Shown: one piece after another, positions 48,391 through 63,721 of the stretch
How the letters are laid out: each line of letters starts with the position of its first letter
Position numbering within the stretch: the first letter of the stretch is position 1
NCBI GenBank assembly: GCA_965649765.1
Contig: OZ287748.1
Coordinates: 68,944,001-69,008,000, forward strand
DNA length: 64,000 nt
Source: Bispira polyomma
Lineage: Eukaryota
Direction: 5' to 3'
Position numbers and translations under genes: made by a program
Notes under the pieces: model-generated
The model's input: only the letters and a program-made list of their open reading frames with translations
Told to the model about the DNA's origin: nothing
The model's database searches: none

Positions 48391-51300
48391 AGTTGGATAA
48401 AGACAAGCAAATGCTAATCACTACAGATTCATAAAAGTACAAAATAGTTTACAAAAACAAGTATAGTGTTGATAGCACAGCATTCAGTAACTGTAATTAC
48501 ACACACAAATATGTTACAGAAACAGATGTGTCTGCTGAGAGTAGATAAAACAGACTGAATACAAGAAATGAATGTTGCTTCTCTGGTAAGTAAGGCTCCG
48601 CCTCCAAACACTGACAAGGTGATGAGTGACATACACCTAATGGGAAAACATCTGTCTTGACAGTATAAATGTGATGATATCTGTTGGATATAATTTTTAT
48701 ATATGCATAAATTTTAAAATGAATTAGAGCTAAAAACTTGACCTAAGCTCAAAGATTTTCCATTTGTTGTAAAGAGATACTAAAAAATTTGTAAAATGGA
48801 GTACATTTTTTTCAGATACACAGAGAACTTATCTTATTGAGAAAGGATGTCCCAGTCACAAACTCTAGCAGACATAAAATATTCTGGTACTAATAATTCA
48901 GTATTTGTATAAGAGGGTGATAATAGAGCCATTTGATTTAAAGGGATACATGTACTCTATCAAATTGTATCATCATACTCCCTTAATCTGGGCTATGTAC
49001 CTTCAAAGTATGACATCTATTAATTGTAGCCTCATATATCCCACTAGTCCAAGTTTCTGTCCTAGCTCGCAGATGCTTTGTTTACTGATGATTTACTTTG
49101 ATTTATTGATGTTTCTTATGCTAAATTGTTCTAAATGTGTGAAGGGAAGTTACTATATACTTTTCAACGGGAAATATACGTCAATATTTTTGAATAATAA
49201 TATGTAATTAATCAAGCACTTTTAGGTTGCCCATGAGTTATAATATGCAATACGGCTATTGTATTAATCCATATAACCACAAACTACATGGGACAATTCT
49301 GTCTGTTATATGTCCCGTTACACATTTACACCGATTCGGTATAGTGAAGAGCTCTGTACCTCACCAAGTGTACATCAGTAAATCAAACCATTGTCGAGGA
49401 CAGAAAACTTAACCTAATATCTCGGAAGTATACAATTGTATGGAAGATTATGCTCTATTGTTTCTCTTAAAACAAGATCATCTCGTTCTCACAACTTAAT
49501 TATCTTGTGATAATGAGATAAATCTTGTGATAATGAGATTATTACAATTTAATTATTTTGTGATAATGAGAAAATTAAATTGTGGGTATCACTTTGAGGT
49601 ATCAAATAAGCTATACTGTACTGTATAGAAATAGTTTCATGTATATCAAAATAATTGATAAATGTATACTGCACTTAAGACATTGTGTATTATTGCGATA
49701 TATCTTCATTGTAATTACAATATGTTTGTTTATCCATTTTATCATATAATTGTAATAAAAATGGGGAACAAAAAAAATCTGTTTCCAACTTTAAAAAAAA
49801 ATGACACTGTGGGGGCACGAGATTATTTTGTGGGAGCGAGATAATTAAATTGTGGCCGCAAGATTATATTGTGGAAATGCGATTATTAAATTTTTTGTAA
49901 TGTTTGTATGCCTCTTATGTATGACATTGGAAGGTGAAGACAGTAAAAAATCCCATAATGGAAAATGTTAATATTTTATTCTAAGTTAAAAGTGACATCT
50001 ATATACAAACTGAGCAATACGGCCACCTTCAACAATTTTAACTTAAGTGACTTAATATGAATTTAAATTATTGTTACTTTTAAAATTTAAGTTAAGCATA
50101 AGTTTGTGGTGACCTCAACTTAAGTTTACATCAGCACAAGTTAAGGTTGGATTCACTTGTGTTGAACTTAACTTATAAAAACAATTCAGTGAAAAACAAT
50201 TCAGTGAAATTTATGTGGTAATTTAAGGTAATCTTAAACAAATTTACCAGGAATTTAAAAAAACTTGTAGTCATCTGTGGTGACCTTATGCAAAAGTTAA
50301 GTATTGTTAACTTGCAAACTTTTCAGGTAACATTAACTTTAAGTACATGAAGCTAAGTTTAAGTATACACGATTTACGTGAAATATAAATATTATAAAAA
50401 AATATATTATACATTTACTTCAAATGTTAACTGATACATTATAGGCACTCGATTATTGCCGTAAACCTCGTCAAAGTACAGTGTGTAGTTAACCATTACA
50501 TTTGGTAAAATCATGCTATTGAAAATACTGTTGTTGTCTTTGAAGTAAATGTAATACCTTAATGGACTGGTTAAAAGCAACCGACATGTCCAAATAGGAG
50601 TGCCAGATTGGAGTATATAGTGGTCATATAAACGTTGGTGTATTTTACACTGTGTACCTGTGTTTCTTTAAAAAGACAATTCTTGCTTGGTTGTCCAGTG
50701 ATTCATATCCCCATGTTTATTTACCCTCCTCCCCCCCGCTCCCCACACACACACAAGCTACTAGCTTAGGTCCAAACTTAATGCTGATTTCTTATAAATT
50801 TTATGTAATGTAACATTTTAATTGGTTTCAGTTTCAATCAACATTGTCATGCACATTTGTTCCTTTTATGTACTGGTATGTATTAGCTTGTAAAAGTATT
50901 CTTGCTTGATTAATATGGCTTTAAGAAAATAAAAACTAAAAGCTAGGGATAAGTGTAGGGTCAACTAATGTTATATAGCCTCCTACCCTTCCCATGGGCG
51001 TATTCCCATCACGTAAATACTTAACAATTAACATTTACTTATTTGTCTCTTCACGATAATAGTAAAATGTCATTTGCTCTAGTCATTTGTGTGACGATAT
51101 TTATTAAAACTGCTTAATTGAAATTACTCTTAAACTTACATAATCCTAATGTCAGAAAAGTCTGGTAAATGTAAGAATCTTATAATACTTCATTTACTAT
51201 TATTATGTAAAATATAAATTCACAACAAGGATAAATAGTTTCATCTTTAAAGTAACCCCTTAAAGCTATAATTTTAGTTAGCTGTATTTTAGGGGTGGAA

Positions 51301-52298
51301 AATAGATAATAAATAATTTGTATCAACCAAAACAAAAACCAACAGAAAACAAATCTTTAAGTCTGACTTAAGTCTTACAACCTTTGTAAACCGCAGCATG
51401 TCATTATAGTAGAGGTGGGGTGGTTTAATGACCTTTTAACACAGCAAAAGCCACGGAGGGTCATCTTTTAGGACTTGCTTTTCTATGCCCTTTACATTAA
51501 GCTGTATATATATATATATATGGCTCTGTGGTTTCTACAGCAAACTATATTTAACTCCCAGGAGACTGACTGGACAAAGATTTTCTTCTATCAACAGGTA
51601 AATGACAATATTTTATTTGTCATTTGACGTATTTATTAAAAAAATTCAAGCTAAAGTTAATCAATTTGGAATATAGCTAGATGACTATATATTTTATGAA
51701 TATAACTAAGAATTTTATAGTAAATATAACCTTCATATATGTGCTATCTATTGATATGGGATATGTTGTATTTTTGGGTTATCTTTAGATATTAGTATTT
51801 ATAATACCTAATTAGGTTTTACTGTTAATATTATAATTTGGTTTTTAGTTTTTATTGCAATAGTAAGGGACAGTGGTAAGTATTTTAGTGTGTTTCATTC
51901 TTTATGATCCTATAGATTGTCCATATTTCAAAACTTACTTTAGTAATATATAAAATGCTAACAGAAATATAGTATAGAATGTACATTAATCATAGTTTTC
52001 TTAACTTGGCAGGCATTATATAATGAAGACTTTACCGATGGAAAATATTACTAAAAACACATGCTACTTCATGTCTATGAATTAAATCACAGAATACTTT
52101 ATTTCATTTTAAATAAATTTACGTTTTAAACATTCAAATGTACATCGACTAGTATTGTGACCCGTATAATGATGGCCTGTGTAAGTCTAGATACTGTACT
52201 TTCACTATATAAATTGGCTTGATCCATAAAGAATAACATTAATTGTTTACAAATAATATAAGAAGATAAAACTTTTCCTTTGTAGCCAAGATTACATC

Positions 52299-55200
52299 AT
52301 GACTATGACCTTAAGTGCCATACTTTGTGGGATTCTCTCTCTGGCCCTGGTTCAGAGTTGTAAGTCTATATCCAATGATTTATTTTGTAAGAGCTAATTT
52401 TATCTAACATGACAAGCTTGTGTCACTAATTCTGATTTGTTCAAATGTATGGTAAACTCTAGGACTACACTGTAGTAATGGTCAGGACAATTTCTCGACT
52501 TGGTGTTTCTTTCATTTAGCCCAAAGTAGTTGGCCCCGTGGTCTAGTAGTTAGTCGGTCTGATGATCAGAAAGTTTCATTTGGTGAGATAAAATAATTTG
52601 CCAAGATGTGAACACAAGTTTACCTGGTGGCTTAGATGACAACATTTAAAATAGTGGTCCTTTGACACAGAGTACTATCTCCAAGTGGCAAATTAAATAT
52701 CCTTTTTGGTGACGTTGATAAATGGTCATCTTCAAGCAACCCATAGTGGCTGCCCATGAGGGCTGCGCATTAAAAATTACCGTATGTTGTATAAGTGAGG
52801 CACTGTGACAAATCTGATAATTCATTTTATAGTTCTTAATAGCAATTTATTTTGTTTATCGCCCCTCTACTTAAATAGATCCATAGAAGTTAAGATTGCT
52901 TTCAGATTCAGTAAATAAAGCACCAGCAAAGCAGAAAAGACTATACACATGGCAAAAAAAAACTGTTTTTCTTCTCTTTTTTGTTGTTGTTTTGTGTTGA
53001 TATAAATATGTATATTCCCATAGTTAAAACAGATATATATATACCTCTACAACTTTACCAATGTTTCTTGGAGACATTATAAATCAGTTTTGGTCTATAA
53101 AAGATTTTTGATTTCAATACCACATCTATGTCAGTATAAAATTGGTAAACTGTGTCTGTAAACAGAATTGGTAACGATGTGAACATACATTGTGTTCTAA
53201 ATCAATTCATTTAAAAAAATGAATACAATCTACAAATTAAGTGAGAATAACTAGATTTTTCTGGGGGTTGAGTGCAATGTACTTTTGTAATGGACAGATA
53301 AACTATCCGAGCTGGAAAGAGAACTGGAAGCAGAAATAGAAGTGCTTAATGACCAGATTGGTAATCATGTCAACAATGAGCAATCCCTGCGTAGTGTCCC
53401 GGAAGACAATTGCATGCCATATGACGTCAATGAGTACCCTTACCCTATAAACCACCTAGCCTGTATTAAGGCCAGAACAGACTGTCCAGATGGCAAGGTT
53501 AGAATGAACCTGTGTGGTCCGGAGGAAGGGAAATTTTAACTCAGGGTCAAACCAAACAACAACGATGAGAGCTGCTACAATGCTCTGGACGAGGCGAAAG
53601 TATGCAAAGATAATGAGCAGGTATGTTATAAATTGTTGTTACTATTATTATTTATTTATTTTTTTTTTGTAGGGGGGGGGGGCGCTTAAAGTGATTCACA
53701 ATTCATGTAGGGGTGGGAGCTTGAAGTGATTCACAAGTCGTCACCATGAGTTAGTTGGGTTTCTTGCCTTCTGGCACCCAAGTATGCGGAGGATAAATTG
53801 CAGATAACACATAATTCAAAGTGGGCAAGTCAAAAAAGTTTGAACAGTGGACAAGTCAAATAACTTACAACATAAAGCAAGGCAGTGTATAAACTTCCTT
53901 AGGAACTCATCACCAAACAAATTTGATCAAGAAGTTAAATATTAAGGAAACATTTTCTTTCTAAATTAGGAAAATTTGGATTATACATTTCAAAAAGAAT
54001 GTGTCAGAAATTGTTTGGATTGTGATATACCTCTAGCTTTAAATATAGAAACTCAGAAAGTCATACCAATATAAATATGATTACAGTGTATATATCTTTC
54101 TATGTTAGGCATAAGTCGAAAGCTAGCAATAATGTAGTAAATTTGTTTATATTTCCAAAATATGGGTGTATTTCTAGGGTGGGTCATACAATTTATAGAA
54201 TTAACGTTTTTTTAACAAAGAATTTTTTATGTAAGTTAATTTTTACATAACACAATAATTTTTACATCAGGCACGTAAATACACTTGACGTTAAAATAGT
54301 TGTAGAATCCTCCATTTAGTATTTACATGTTGGAGTTGGTAAAATGTACTTGAGGTGACACTCAGATGTATAAGTAATTTTTGGTACAAGTTTATGGGTT
54401 ACCAAAAGTAATGGTAACATATATAGACAACCCATAGTAGATACATACATTTAGTATGCAATGATGTCCCAATTAATGTGCAGTTGTATAAAAGATTCAC
54501 CAAATTTATAAATACAATATTTACCAGTGATAACAATTGTGTAGAACTTGCTGGTAGACTGGCTGTTTATAGAAGTCATTCCAATGTGGGAAAAAATATT
54601 AATGTAATTTCAAAGTAACTCATTTGTAGCTATAATTGTGCTCTTAAAGCAACTCAAGAATTTAAAAATATAAGTGACAAACTTGATCACTCTCAGAATA
54701 ATATAGATGATGAAATTATATGTGGAAATATTAGAGATCTCATTAATATTAAAGAGAGAAATCATACTAAGTTTAATTGTACTGAGATTAGTTGTATGTG
54801 AGAATGTTTGTGACATCTTGAAGATTTGTATAAAATTTAATGTAATTGCCAAACTGTAAACAGTGTTTAATAACATTGTTCCTTGTCCTTGGTTATGAAA
54901 ACATTTATACATTTTTATTTGTAATATTATACCTTGTGTATGAATAAATAAATAAATAAATATACCTATATTTTACAATGCCCTTTAGTTTTGGGGTGAA
55001 AGGTCCATTCCAGAGTGTGAAAATATGGAGGATAAAAAAATGAATTTCTTCACTTTCTCAATAAATCTAGACTTTCCAATCTTTTTCTGAAACACTTGGT
55101 ATAACAGATTCCAGATTATTTGCAACTGTGACATAGTAGGTGGGTAACACACTCACTTGGGAACACAAAAGAGCTATGTGTCGATATCCCAGCCGGTCCA

Positions 55201-57220
55201 GGTCAAAATGTTAATTACCTAGTTGAAGTACCAGATAAAGGTATATAAATGTCAATTTGAATATTATTCTCACAGATTTAGGGTGGATGCAGGGAGTCTG
55301 TATTTACAAAAGGTCATCTAAGACTTAACTTAGTCCGAAGCTTAACATTTATTTTGTAATATATTTCAGACTGTCTACTGTTAAGTCTCAGAGTAAAGTT
55401 AACACAAAGCAAACATCTTTTCTCAATGTCGCTGGAGCTAAGACCAAAATTGTAACATTTACGACCAAATTCAAAGACTACAATCTTAACCGTCAGACTA
55501 AGTTAAGACCATGTCCTATGTGTAAATGGCCACTGCTCTCTCTACAATTTTTTCAGTTTTGCTTTCACAGCAATGCTAGTCTCAACATACATTTCTATTC
55601 TTTTTTACTACAGCCCCCACACTGCACTGGTGATGCCGCATTTGCCACTTTAAGGGATGATGATAAACTCATTATCTCACTAAAAGATGATACCCAAGTG
55701 ATGAGTGTGAGGCAGGTCTGTGCCTACTCATTCACTGTGAATAACATCGCAGTGTCATATGTACTACAGGGACGTTCAAACATTCCATAATATTGGGTAG
55801 GTTTATGATTAAAATGTAAAACCAGCTTAATATTGCTTTGTGAGACACATGAAAACCAAGAAGATGAATATATGTGAATACTATCCCATGCCCTGTGTTC
55901 TACAAATAAAAGCTAAATAACAGAATCAACTACAATGAAAACTATGTAATCATTCACTGTAATATAGCTATCAGCGCTGAATACATATGGGAAGTCAAAT
56001 TTGACTTAGTGTAACTCTGGCCAGAGGTAAACAGACTTGCAGTTTGCAGAGGGTGTGTTTGATTTAAGCTTGATATTTTTGGAGAATATAGCTAGAAGAA
56101 ATGATTTAGATGTACTAAATTTAAGGATGTGTGGTTATCGTCATATTATTATAGTAATACTTTTGTCAATTACCTTAGGTAGCTGTGAAATTTGTGTAAA
56201 GTGGCCATAGGGTGTTTTTAATATATTATATGTCATGACAATATATATAAGAAACAAAAAACGCTAACTAATAATATTGTAAACAGTATATTTTTATATC
56301 TTCATCTTTCATAATAAACTCCATTTTGCAAACTTTTTAGGATATATTTTATATGTTTTGTGAAATGTATTGTAAATGTCTTCTTGGCTCCGACAGCCTG
56401 TGGCTACGGGCCTAACAGACTAAAAACACTGAGAGGTTGGATATAGTATATCTCACATTCAAGATATTCTCTGATGTGCAGTTAAGACCATATTAATACA
56501 ATAATAGTTTGTCCATTATCTTATATATGTGTATAAGTTTTTGTAAAGTATAAATAGCATGTATTCAATATATAAAGTGTAAAACAAAGTGTTATGTCAC
56601 AATATAACATAGTATATGTTATAAAGTGCCTTATAAGCCCAAGTTATGTTGAACTGACTGTACAGTATTTCTGTTATTTTTTATATATATATGTAATCAA
56701 TGTGAAGCAGGTGGCACTAAAATAAAAAAAATTCTCTTTCTCTCTGTACCAGAGATTGAGAACTTGGTTGAACTATGTTAGCAGTGTTTTCACAATTGAA
56801 TCTTTTATGTCTATGATGATTTGCTAAAAATCTATGGGCTAGTGGGTAAATGCTTTGAGAATGTAATGAACTTAGGTGATTTCCAACAATTCGGTTGTGG
56901 CCTCAGTGAAGTATCAGCCACAGAGTTACCTCTCATATTGTGCAGTCGTGGGCTAGAATCTCAGCCCTGATGTGTTTTTGGTGGGAAACTTGTCAGTATA
57001 CCCACTGGAGGCCAGTTGTATGCATACTAAGTACCCTGCACTGTTTTCCTTCCACCCATGCACTGCTCTTCCTTATATGACACCACACAACAAGTGTTAA
57101 AAGTGACGTTTACCCTTCCGAACCCACCATATGCATGGGGTTTTAATATAGAAAGAGCATAGAAGACTACTTAAAATAGTTGTCTTCGGTCATTGTTTTA
57201 TACTTTCATATAATAGAGGT

Positions 57221-57266
<46 letters not shown>

Positions 57267-57496
57267 TATGTATATATTGTTTTACATTTACACTGAAATA
57301 TAAACATCTTCTTTAATTACCTGAAATGTTAATGTGTCCTGTTTTTTAGTGGACACCTGTGGCAAATTCAGAAGGCTGGTTTAGTTATGGATGTACCGAC
57401 AATGACTGGGTTGAGGCCAACAAGATTGTTATCAGAATGGATCATGAAGCTCCCAGCTTCATGGCCAAAAATATTTACGCTGAGATCTGTGTTTAA
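52299..57496 (+). pseudogene. Disabled duplicate of the secreted Cys-rich protein gene. Exons 52299-52359, 53298-53620, 55614-55796, 57350-57496
   Basis: Same exon structure as copy 1, with AAA->TAA at 53537-53539, CAA->TAA at 55788-55790 and Cys->Tyr at 55791. Confidence 0.88.
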
Positions 57497-58578
57497 AATG
57501 TAAACATAGCCTTTAAGTGTTAAACCTATAATATTTCTTCTGTTTCTTATTTTTTCGGTTTCCTGTTAAAACCTATTATAACTGGCATCTAATTTATTGT
57601 GATTATCCGTTAATCTTCATATACTGTCTATGAATATGTTTGGTGTTGATTATGATGCCATAGGATTAAATGCAGCACCCATTTCAACCCCAATATTTAT
57701 GTAATACTTAAGCACTTGATTATTGAAGTATATCTTTGTGAAATGAATAAATCTGCACAGTGTTATACTACTTGTTTCACTTTTTGGGTTTATTATGGCT
57801 GTCATTTCAAATTGTTTCCCTTGTCTTCAGCTTCAATAAAAATAGTTTAACTATTTAATTTGACAATTCAATTGCCCTTTTGGTACATGTCACCTTGTAT
57901 TCAAAGCATATCTGAGCTTGTATTAAAGTACACACATTGCTTGACCATGCATCATGATGAGTCTGAAGAAAACAGTCCACAGAAAGCTATAAAACGATCC
58001 TCTACTATAACCAGGCAAAAGTTAATATGTCCCACATATCAACATTTACACAGAGGGCCTTTTTGCATTACATTGCTGGTGCAAATCTGTGCTGGCTATT
58101 CAGTAAAGTCTCTACACATATACATCAAAACATCGACACTAAGAGAGTATTATGAAAATATCAAATTATTTTTCGCAAAAGAGAAGGGCACTCTACTGTT
58201 CTGTAAAGATTATATGACATAATTTATACCAAGACTCTATTCAGCACATAACTGTTATAATCAATATATGTCCAATGCAGTACATCTATATCCAGAAATT
58301 TTATTATTGTCTCACCAGTGGCACACCTATCCAGCATTAGTGGACATACGAAGGGTACAACACATAAATATAAATAACCGTACTTCCCCTATTCAGATAA
58401 AAATAATGTCCCGATCCCAGACATTTTCTTGAATTTTATTCTCAAACAAGGAAAGCTTCCCATTATCCAACAGCTGAAGTTCCAGCTGAAGATATTTGTC
58501 TCTGATACAAGAAGTAGTTCAATATGTGTGAACATTATGGATGGTTCTCAGGACGTCTGAGTGGCCAAATTATAGTAC

Positions 58579-61500
58579 ACTGCATAGCATGACCCAACAG
58601 GGGTCTGCTACTTCAGTTCTACCACAGAAAATTGAAAAGACTACCTTAACCCCTAGGGATTGATTTTATCACTACAAGTTGCTCATTCAACCGTGAATAA
58701 CATACTCTAGCCAATCAGAAGCTTTCCCTCTTAAAAGTGGCCACGTTTTCTGTAAAGACCTTCCATTTTGGAATCAGATTCAGCAGCATTAACACTGACG
58801 TTTTACAGCTTATGAAGGCTCTGCTGAATCTACGTTTTAGTATTTTGGTTTTTTACCTTTTAGTTTGTTTTTAAATATGTGTTACTTCTTTTACATGTTA
58901 TTGTATTCATTTATGTTATTATGGGGAGAACGGCAGAACGTCAGTGCAAACACCCTAAGAAAACTCTGGCAACAGAAGGAAGAAAACCAGCAAGAAAGAA
59001 TACAGTAAAAAAGGGAAGAGTCGGTAAGAACACTCGCATAGATGATAGTATTATCACGGACCCCAGTGGTCTGTTTGACCAGGTCGAATCTATTCACTCG
59101 TCTCCACCTACCCGTTTACCACAGTCGAGTCAGGCTGAATCATCCTGCCGAGACTCTGAAATGTTGTCAATATTAAGACGTTTAGAAGAATCAAACGCAT
59201 TATTAACACAGAGGTTAGATCGTGTAGAGGCCAGGGACTCCAGCATCCAGACAGGGTCTCCGTGCCTAAACCCTCCTCGTCCCTGTTCACAGGCCGCATC
59301 GGCAAGTAACACCATTGCTCAACCGAGTCTGGCAGCAGCCACCTCACTAGCGCGTTCAGACTACTCAACGGACGCCATTGTACCAAAGGTAGATGTCTTA
59401 AAAGCCCTGCCGGATGTCCAGGCTATGGTCAACGAAAGGCTGGTAGAGTATTACCTCCAGGCTTAGGCTGTGTTTACACAAGGTAAGGCTGCTCTTGGAC
59501 AGAAGTTGGGAAGATTTAACATGACAGACATACCTACTAGCAACCCTAAAGTAAGATGGGCAAACAAGGGCTGGACGGGCAGCTCTGCACGCAAACGATT
59601 ACCGTATGACGGCCTATCCCTCCCACAGTGGGCATCTGGCCAGTTGGCCAATGCACTACAGGTCACGGACCCGACTGTTTCCAGAGAAATCATCCAACAG
59701 GTGGTTTTGTCATTGTAGGACGCTGCCACACTACCATGGGAAGTCGTTCGAACGGCTTGGGCGTTAAACATGACAGAAGTGGAAGAGGGTAGACTGTCCT
59801 GGGGTGACACGACACAGTGGGCCCTTAATCGTCTTAGTGCTTCACAGCTGGCTATGGTGAATTCGAAAGCCAACCACTGTTCGTCTGCTCATAACGGAGC
59901 AACAGCTAAAGTTATTTATAAATTATATAATTCTGGAAAATGTGTACACAAAGCTGATCACAACCAATATAAGCACGTATACTGGCACTGCGCCACAGTA
60001 CTTCACAAAGACGTTTACCACCCGGAATTCAAGTGTTATAAGTCTCAGCTAAGCAAACAGAATCAGGATAACTTTCTAACCAATAGGACATTGACCAACT
60101 GCCAGTTCAAGGTATATTTTGTCAGAACAGTAGAAATAAAGTAAAATGTAAAAATTTTAAGAATCAGAGTAATACAGATGTAATTACACCGAGTTTGACT
60201 GGTAGTGCTTTAAATTTATTTAAGAAGACTAAAAATGTAAAAGTATTCTGTCAAGAAAGTATGAGGAAAATTAAAGATAGTAATTCTAAAAATCAAAGTC
60301 ACACAGATGTGAATATGTTAAATCTGGGTAATACTGATTTGAAGTCAATAAAAAACTTTGCAGATGTAAGGTTAGCAGAAACCAGGAATTCGGACATATG
60401 TAAACCCCCCTTGTCTACTTGTTATGACAAGCAGTATAATAGTCATGAACTTCAAAAGGATAACACTCAGCAATGTATTGGGGAAATCCAAAGTACACTG
60501 GCCTCGAGTACCAGTGGTGTTTTATACTCTCACAAACAAAGCAAGTTTTTTGGAAAATATTCAATGTTTGGAATGTATGGACTATAGTGATAATGAGAAC
60601 ACAAGAATCACTCTAAATTATGAGAATGTTAATTCTTTTGAAGGCAATTACATTGCTGGATGTTTACAAACGGGCAAGAAAATTGACTATTATGAAAAAG
60701 CACAGAATGTAATTCAGAACAATGTTATGTATGGTACCCCAGATGGGCCTATGGTGGAGGTCACTATTTCGACTACTAATTGGTTGTACTATATCCCAAA
60801 TTTAACACGGGAATCGCCTGTGGTATTTGTGCAGTGTAAGTTAACACACTATTCTGGTTTTTATACATTGTGGGATGGGGAATTTGGGCAAACATTGTAT
60901 AAATGTGGGCACCCACCAGCAGGTGCAATGTTGGTGACCAACACAGTCACTACTTTTATACCTTTGGCAAGTCTGAGAGACAATGCTCTCAACACGTACA
61001 TGATTGAACCTATTACTGCTATAAGCAAATTGGGAGCTAAACATGCATGGCAGGATTTCCAAAAAGATATATGTTACAAAAAGAGATGTGATGTTGACTA
61101 TACAAAGTATATGACTAACATAATTGATGAAATGTTATTAGACATTGATGTAAATAAAGATGTTCAGTCAGTAATGACAGACCAATAGAGGTCACAGCAG
61201 TTAAACCCTGCCACAAAGGTAAGACTGCGTCGCTCGATTTCTTCTTCAAAACTTTGTTAGATGATACCATTTGTGCTACCATAATAGATAGGGATATAAA
61301 TTTTCCTAATAAAACCAAAGGCTTTTTGGCAACTTCAGACACTAAATTTGAGTTTATAGGACCTGATAGAGCCCACACACATTACATCTATTGAACAAAT
61401 GACTAAAGTAGCAGATATCATTAGGGACACGGGATGTCCCAACTATAAAGGGGCTAGAATTCCCCTCACATCAGGCTTAAACATTAAGGCATGGGAAGAA

Positions 61501-63721
61501 GCACTCTATGATTACCCTGATCAATTGTTGCTTCAATACATCAAATTTGGATTCCCATTATCTCTAACGAATAATGAATAAAAACAGCCATAGCGTGTTC
61601 TGTTACATCGACGACTACGTCGGTATCTCCCCAGAAACAGAGGCCGACCAAGCCTTTAGTCAGTTATATGAATTGGTTACAAAACTCGGTTTTCCACTCA
61701 ATCCAGAAAAAATTTCTAAACCAAGCTCTAGATTAACCTGTCTTGGTATAGATATCGATATTCAAGAGGGCACGATAAGCATTACACAAGAAAAAATCCA
61801 GGAAACCCTCATGTTATGTCGTGAAGTAGTTGATAAGGCTTGGATTTCCAGGACAAAATTTCAATCAGTTTTGGGCAAATTGCTTCATATACAAAAATGC
61901 GTTAAGCCAGCACGTATATTTATAAACAGACTGTTGATGGCATTTCAAAATAACAGCCAGTCCAAAAGATTTAAAATTTTAGAACAAATTAAAGCCGACT
62001 TAACCTGGTTTGTAAATTTTTTGCCACGTTATAATGATATCACTTTTATTAACCCCATTGTGAGTAAGCACGAAGACAAAGTATTCATTGATGCTTGTTT
62101 AACCGGCTTGGGGGCCATCCATGCAGAGGAAGTGTACGCCACTCCATTATACAACATCTATGGGAGGGAGCTCTCCATAGTACATATAGAAATGTTAAAT
62201 ATTTTACTTGCCTTGAGGGTCTGGAGTGAGCAGTGGACTCATAAACGCATAACTATGCATTGTGACAACATGGCCGTTGTCCTGGTAGTTAGGTCAAACA
62301 AGACAAAAGACGAATTTCTGGCCTTATGCCTTCGAAATATTTGGCTGATTTCAGCTACATATGATATTACAATAGAAATACAGCATGTAAGGGGCAAAGA
62401 AAACACTATTGCTGACTTGCTTTCTAGATTATTCTCTGATCAGCCTCCTCACAGGGGGCAAGTGGACATATTAAAACATTCTTGCAGGTGCCATACTATC
62501 CCTATTCAGTATTTTAACCTGGATTTAAATATCTGATTTCAGGGTCAAACCACATCACACAGAGATTTACAGAGTCAGCATGGCAGAGGATCAACTGGGC
62601 CTTACGACCAAAGACCACCCAGACTTACAACAATCAATTTAAAACATTTATCGCATTTATTGTCTATGCTGGCGTAACAGACATTACTACACCTTCACTC
62701 ATAGCATTTTTGGAATATTTAATACAGACAGGAACTTCCCCAGACATGGTGAATAACTACCTTTCTGCCATCAAATATATGGCTAAGAAGCTGTATTGGG
62801 ACATAAAAATTTTGACAACAACACGGTCTCCATGTTTACTAGGAGCCTCACACATACATCACCATTTAGGCCCTCACCTAAGGGAATTTTTCACATTGAA
62901 CACCTTTCATTAATTTCCAAGGCATGCGACATCCTTAGTGATCCACCTTTGTATAGGGCAATATTTATGTCGGCCTTTTCGGTTTCCTCAGAATTTTTAA
63001 TATAGTCCCACATTCCGATTCAAAGTTTGATTCTACACGTCACTTTCTCAGGAAAGATACAATATTTGGCAATCCAGGGGCACATTTGATACTCAAATGG
63101 GCTAAAAACCTCCAAATTAGATCACAGGTCCACATCATACAGATACCACTATTTGGAGACTGCAACCTTATGTCCAGTTACAGCTTTGCAAGCATTACTA
63201 ACATCCAGTCCACTTTCTACACACTCACCCTTGTTTGTCAGTGCAACATTTACACACCATCCAATTGTGGAAACACATGTGCGTTCTGCACTTGCTTCAG
63301 TACTTACACATGTGGGAATTTCCACAAAATCACATAGCTTCCACACATTTAGGAGGTCAGGTGCTACATATGCCTTTAATAATAACGTCTCACTCCAGAA
63401 CATAATGGCACATGGCCTTTCGAGGTCATCTGCTGTTTGGTCATATCTTCACCAGAATTCTCAAGCTACCTCTGCTGTCCCACTCAACTTTGCCTCCTCC
63501 ATACCTAAACTTTCTTGGTTTGGCTTGGGTGTTTTAAAAATTGCTCTGTATTTTAAACTATAATGATATTTTACCCCTACCTGTAGATATACTGAACTAA
63601 CATGTACAGATCTAAATAAATTCCTCAAACTATGGTTTTACTGTCTTCAATATAAAACCACCAAAAACTGCCATTTGACCTTCAATACTGACCTTCCATT
63701 TTCACTCAGTAGAACAGACTG
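58579..63721 (+). mobile_element. Tyrosine-recombinase retrotransposon 3 (relative of element 2), degenerate; A-ORFs-B only
   Basis: Absent from the paralogous site at 42401-42410. gag ATG at 58921 with stops at 59464 and 59716. pol frameshifted and missing the RT core between GFPLSL (~61570) and CYIDD. YR 62543-~63510 frameshifted. Confidence 0.93.
62543..63510 (+). pseudogene. Tyrosine recombinase of element 3
   Basis: GSNHITQRFTESAWQRINWALRPKT aligns with element 2 GTNTVTQHLMNSAWKRVSSALRPKT; LKWAK, HTFRRSGAT, AVWSY motifs; several frameshifts. Confidence 0.9.

Noticed and set aside
47634-48410. Repetitive minus-strand ORFs, and a possible CRISPR-like array
   Set aside because: A 57-bp (19-codon) head-to-tail minisatellite without unique spacers; the ORFs follow from a unit length divisible by 3; no cas genes; eukaryotic context.
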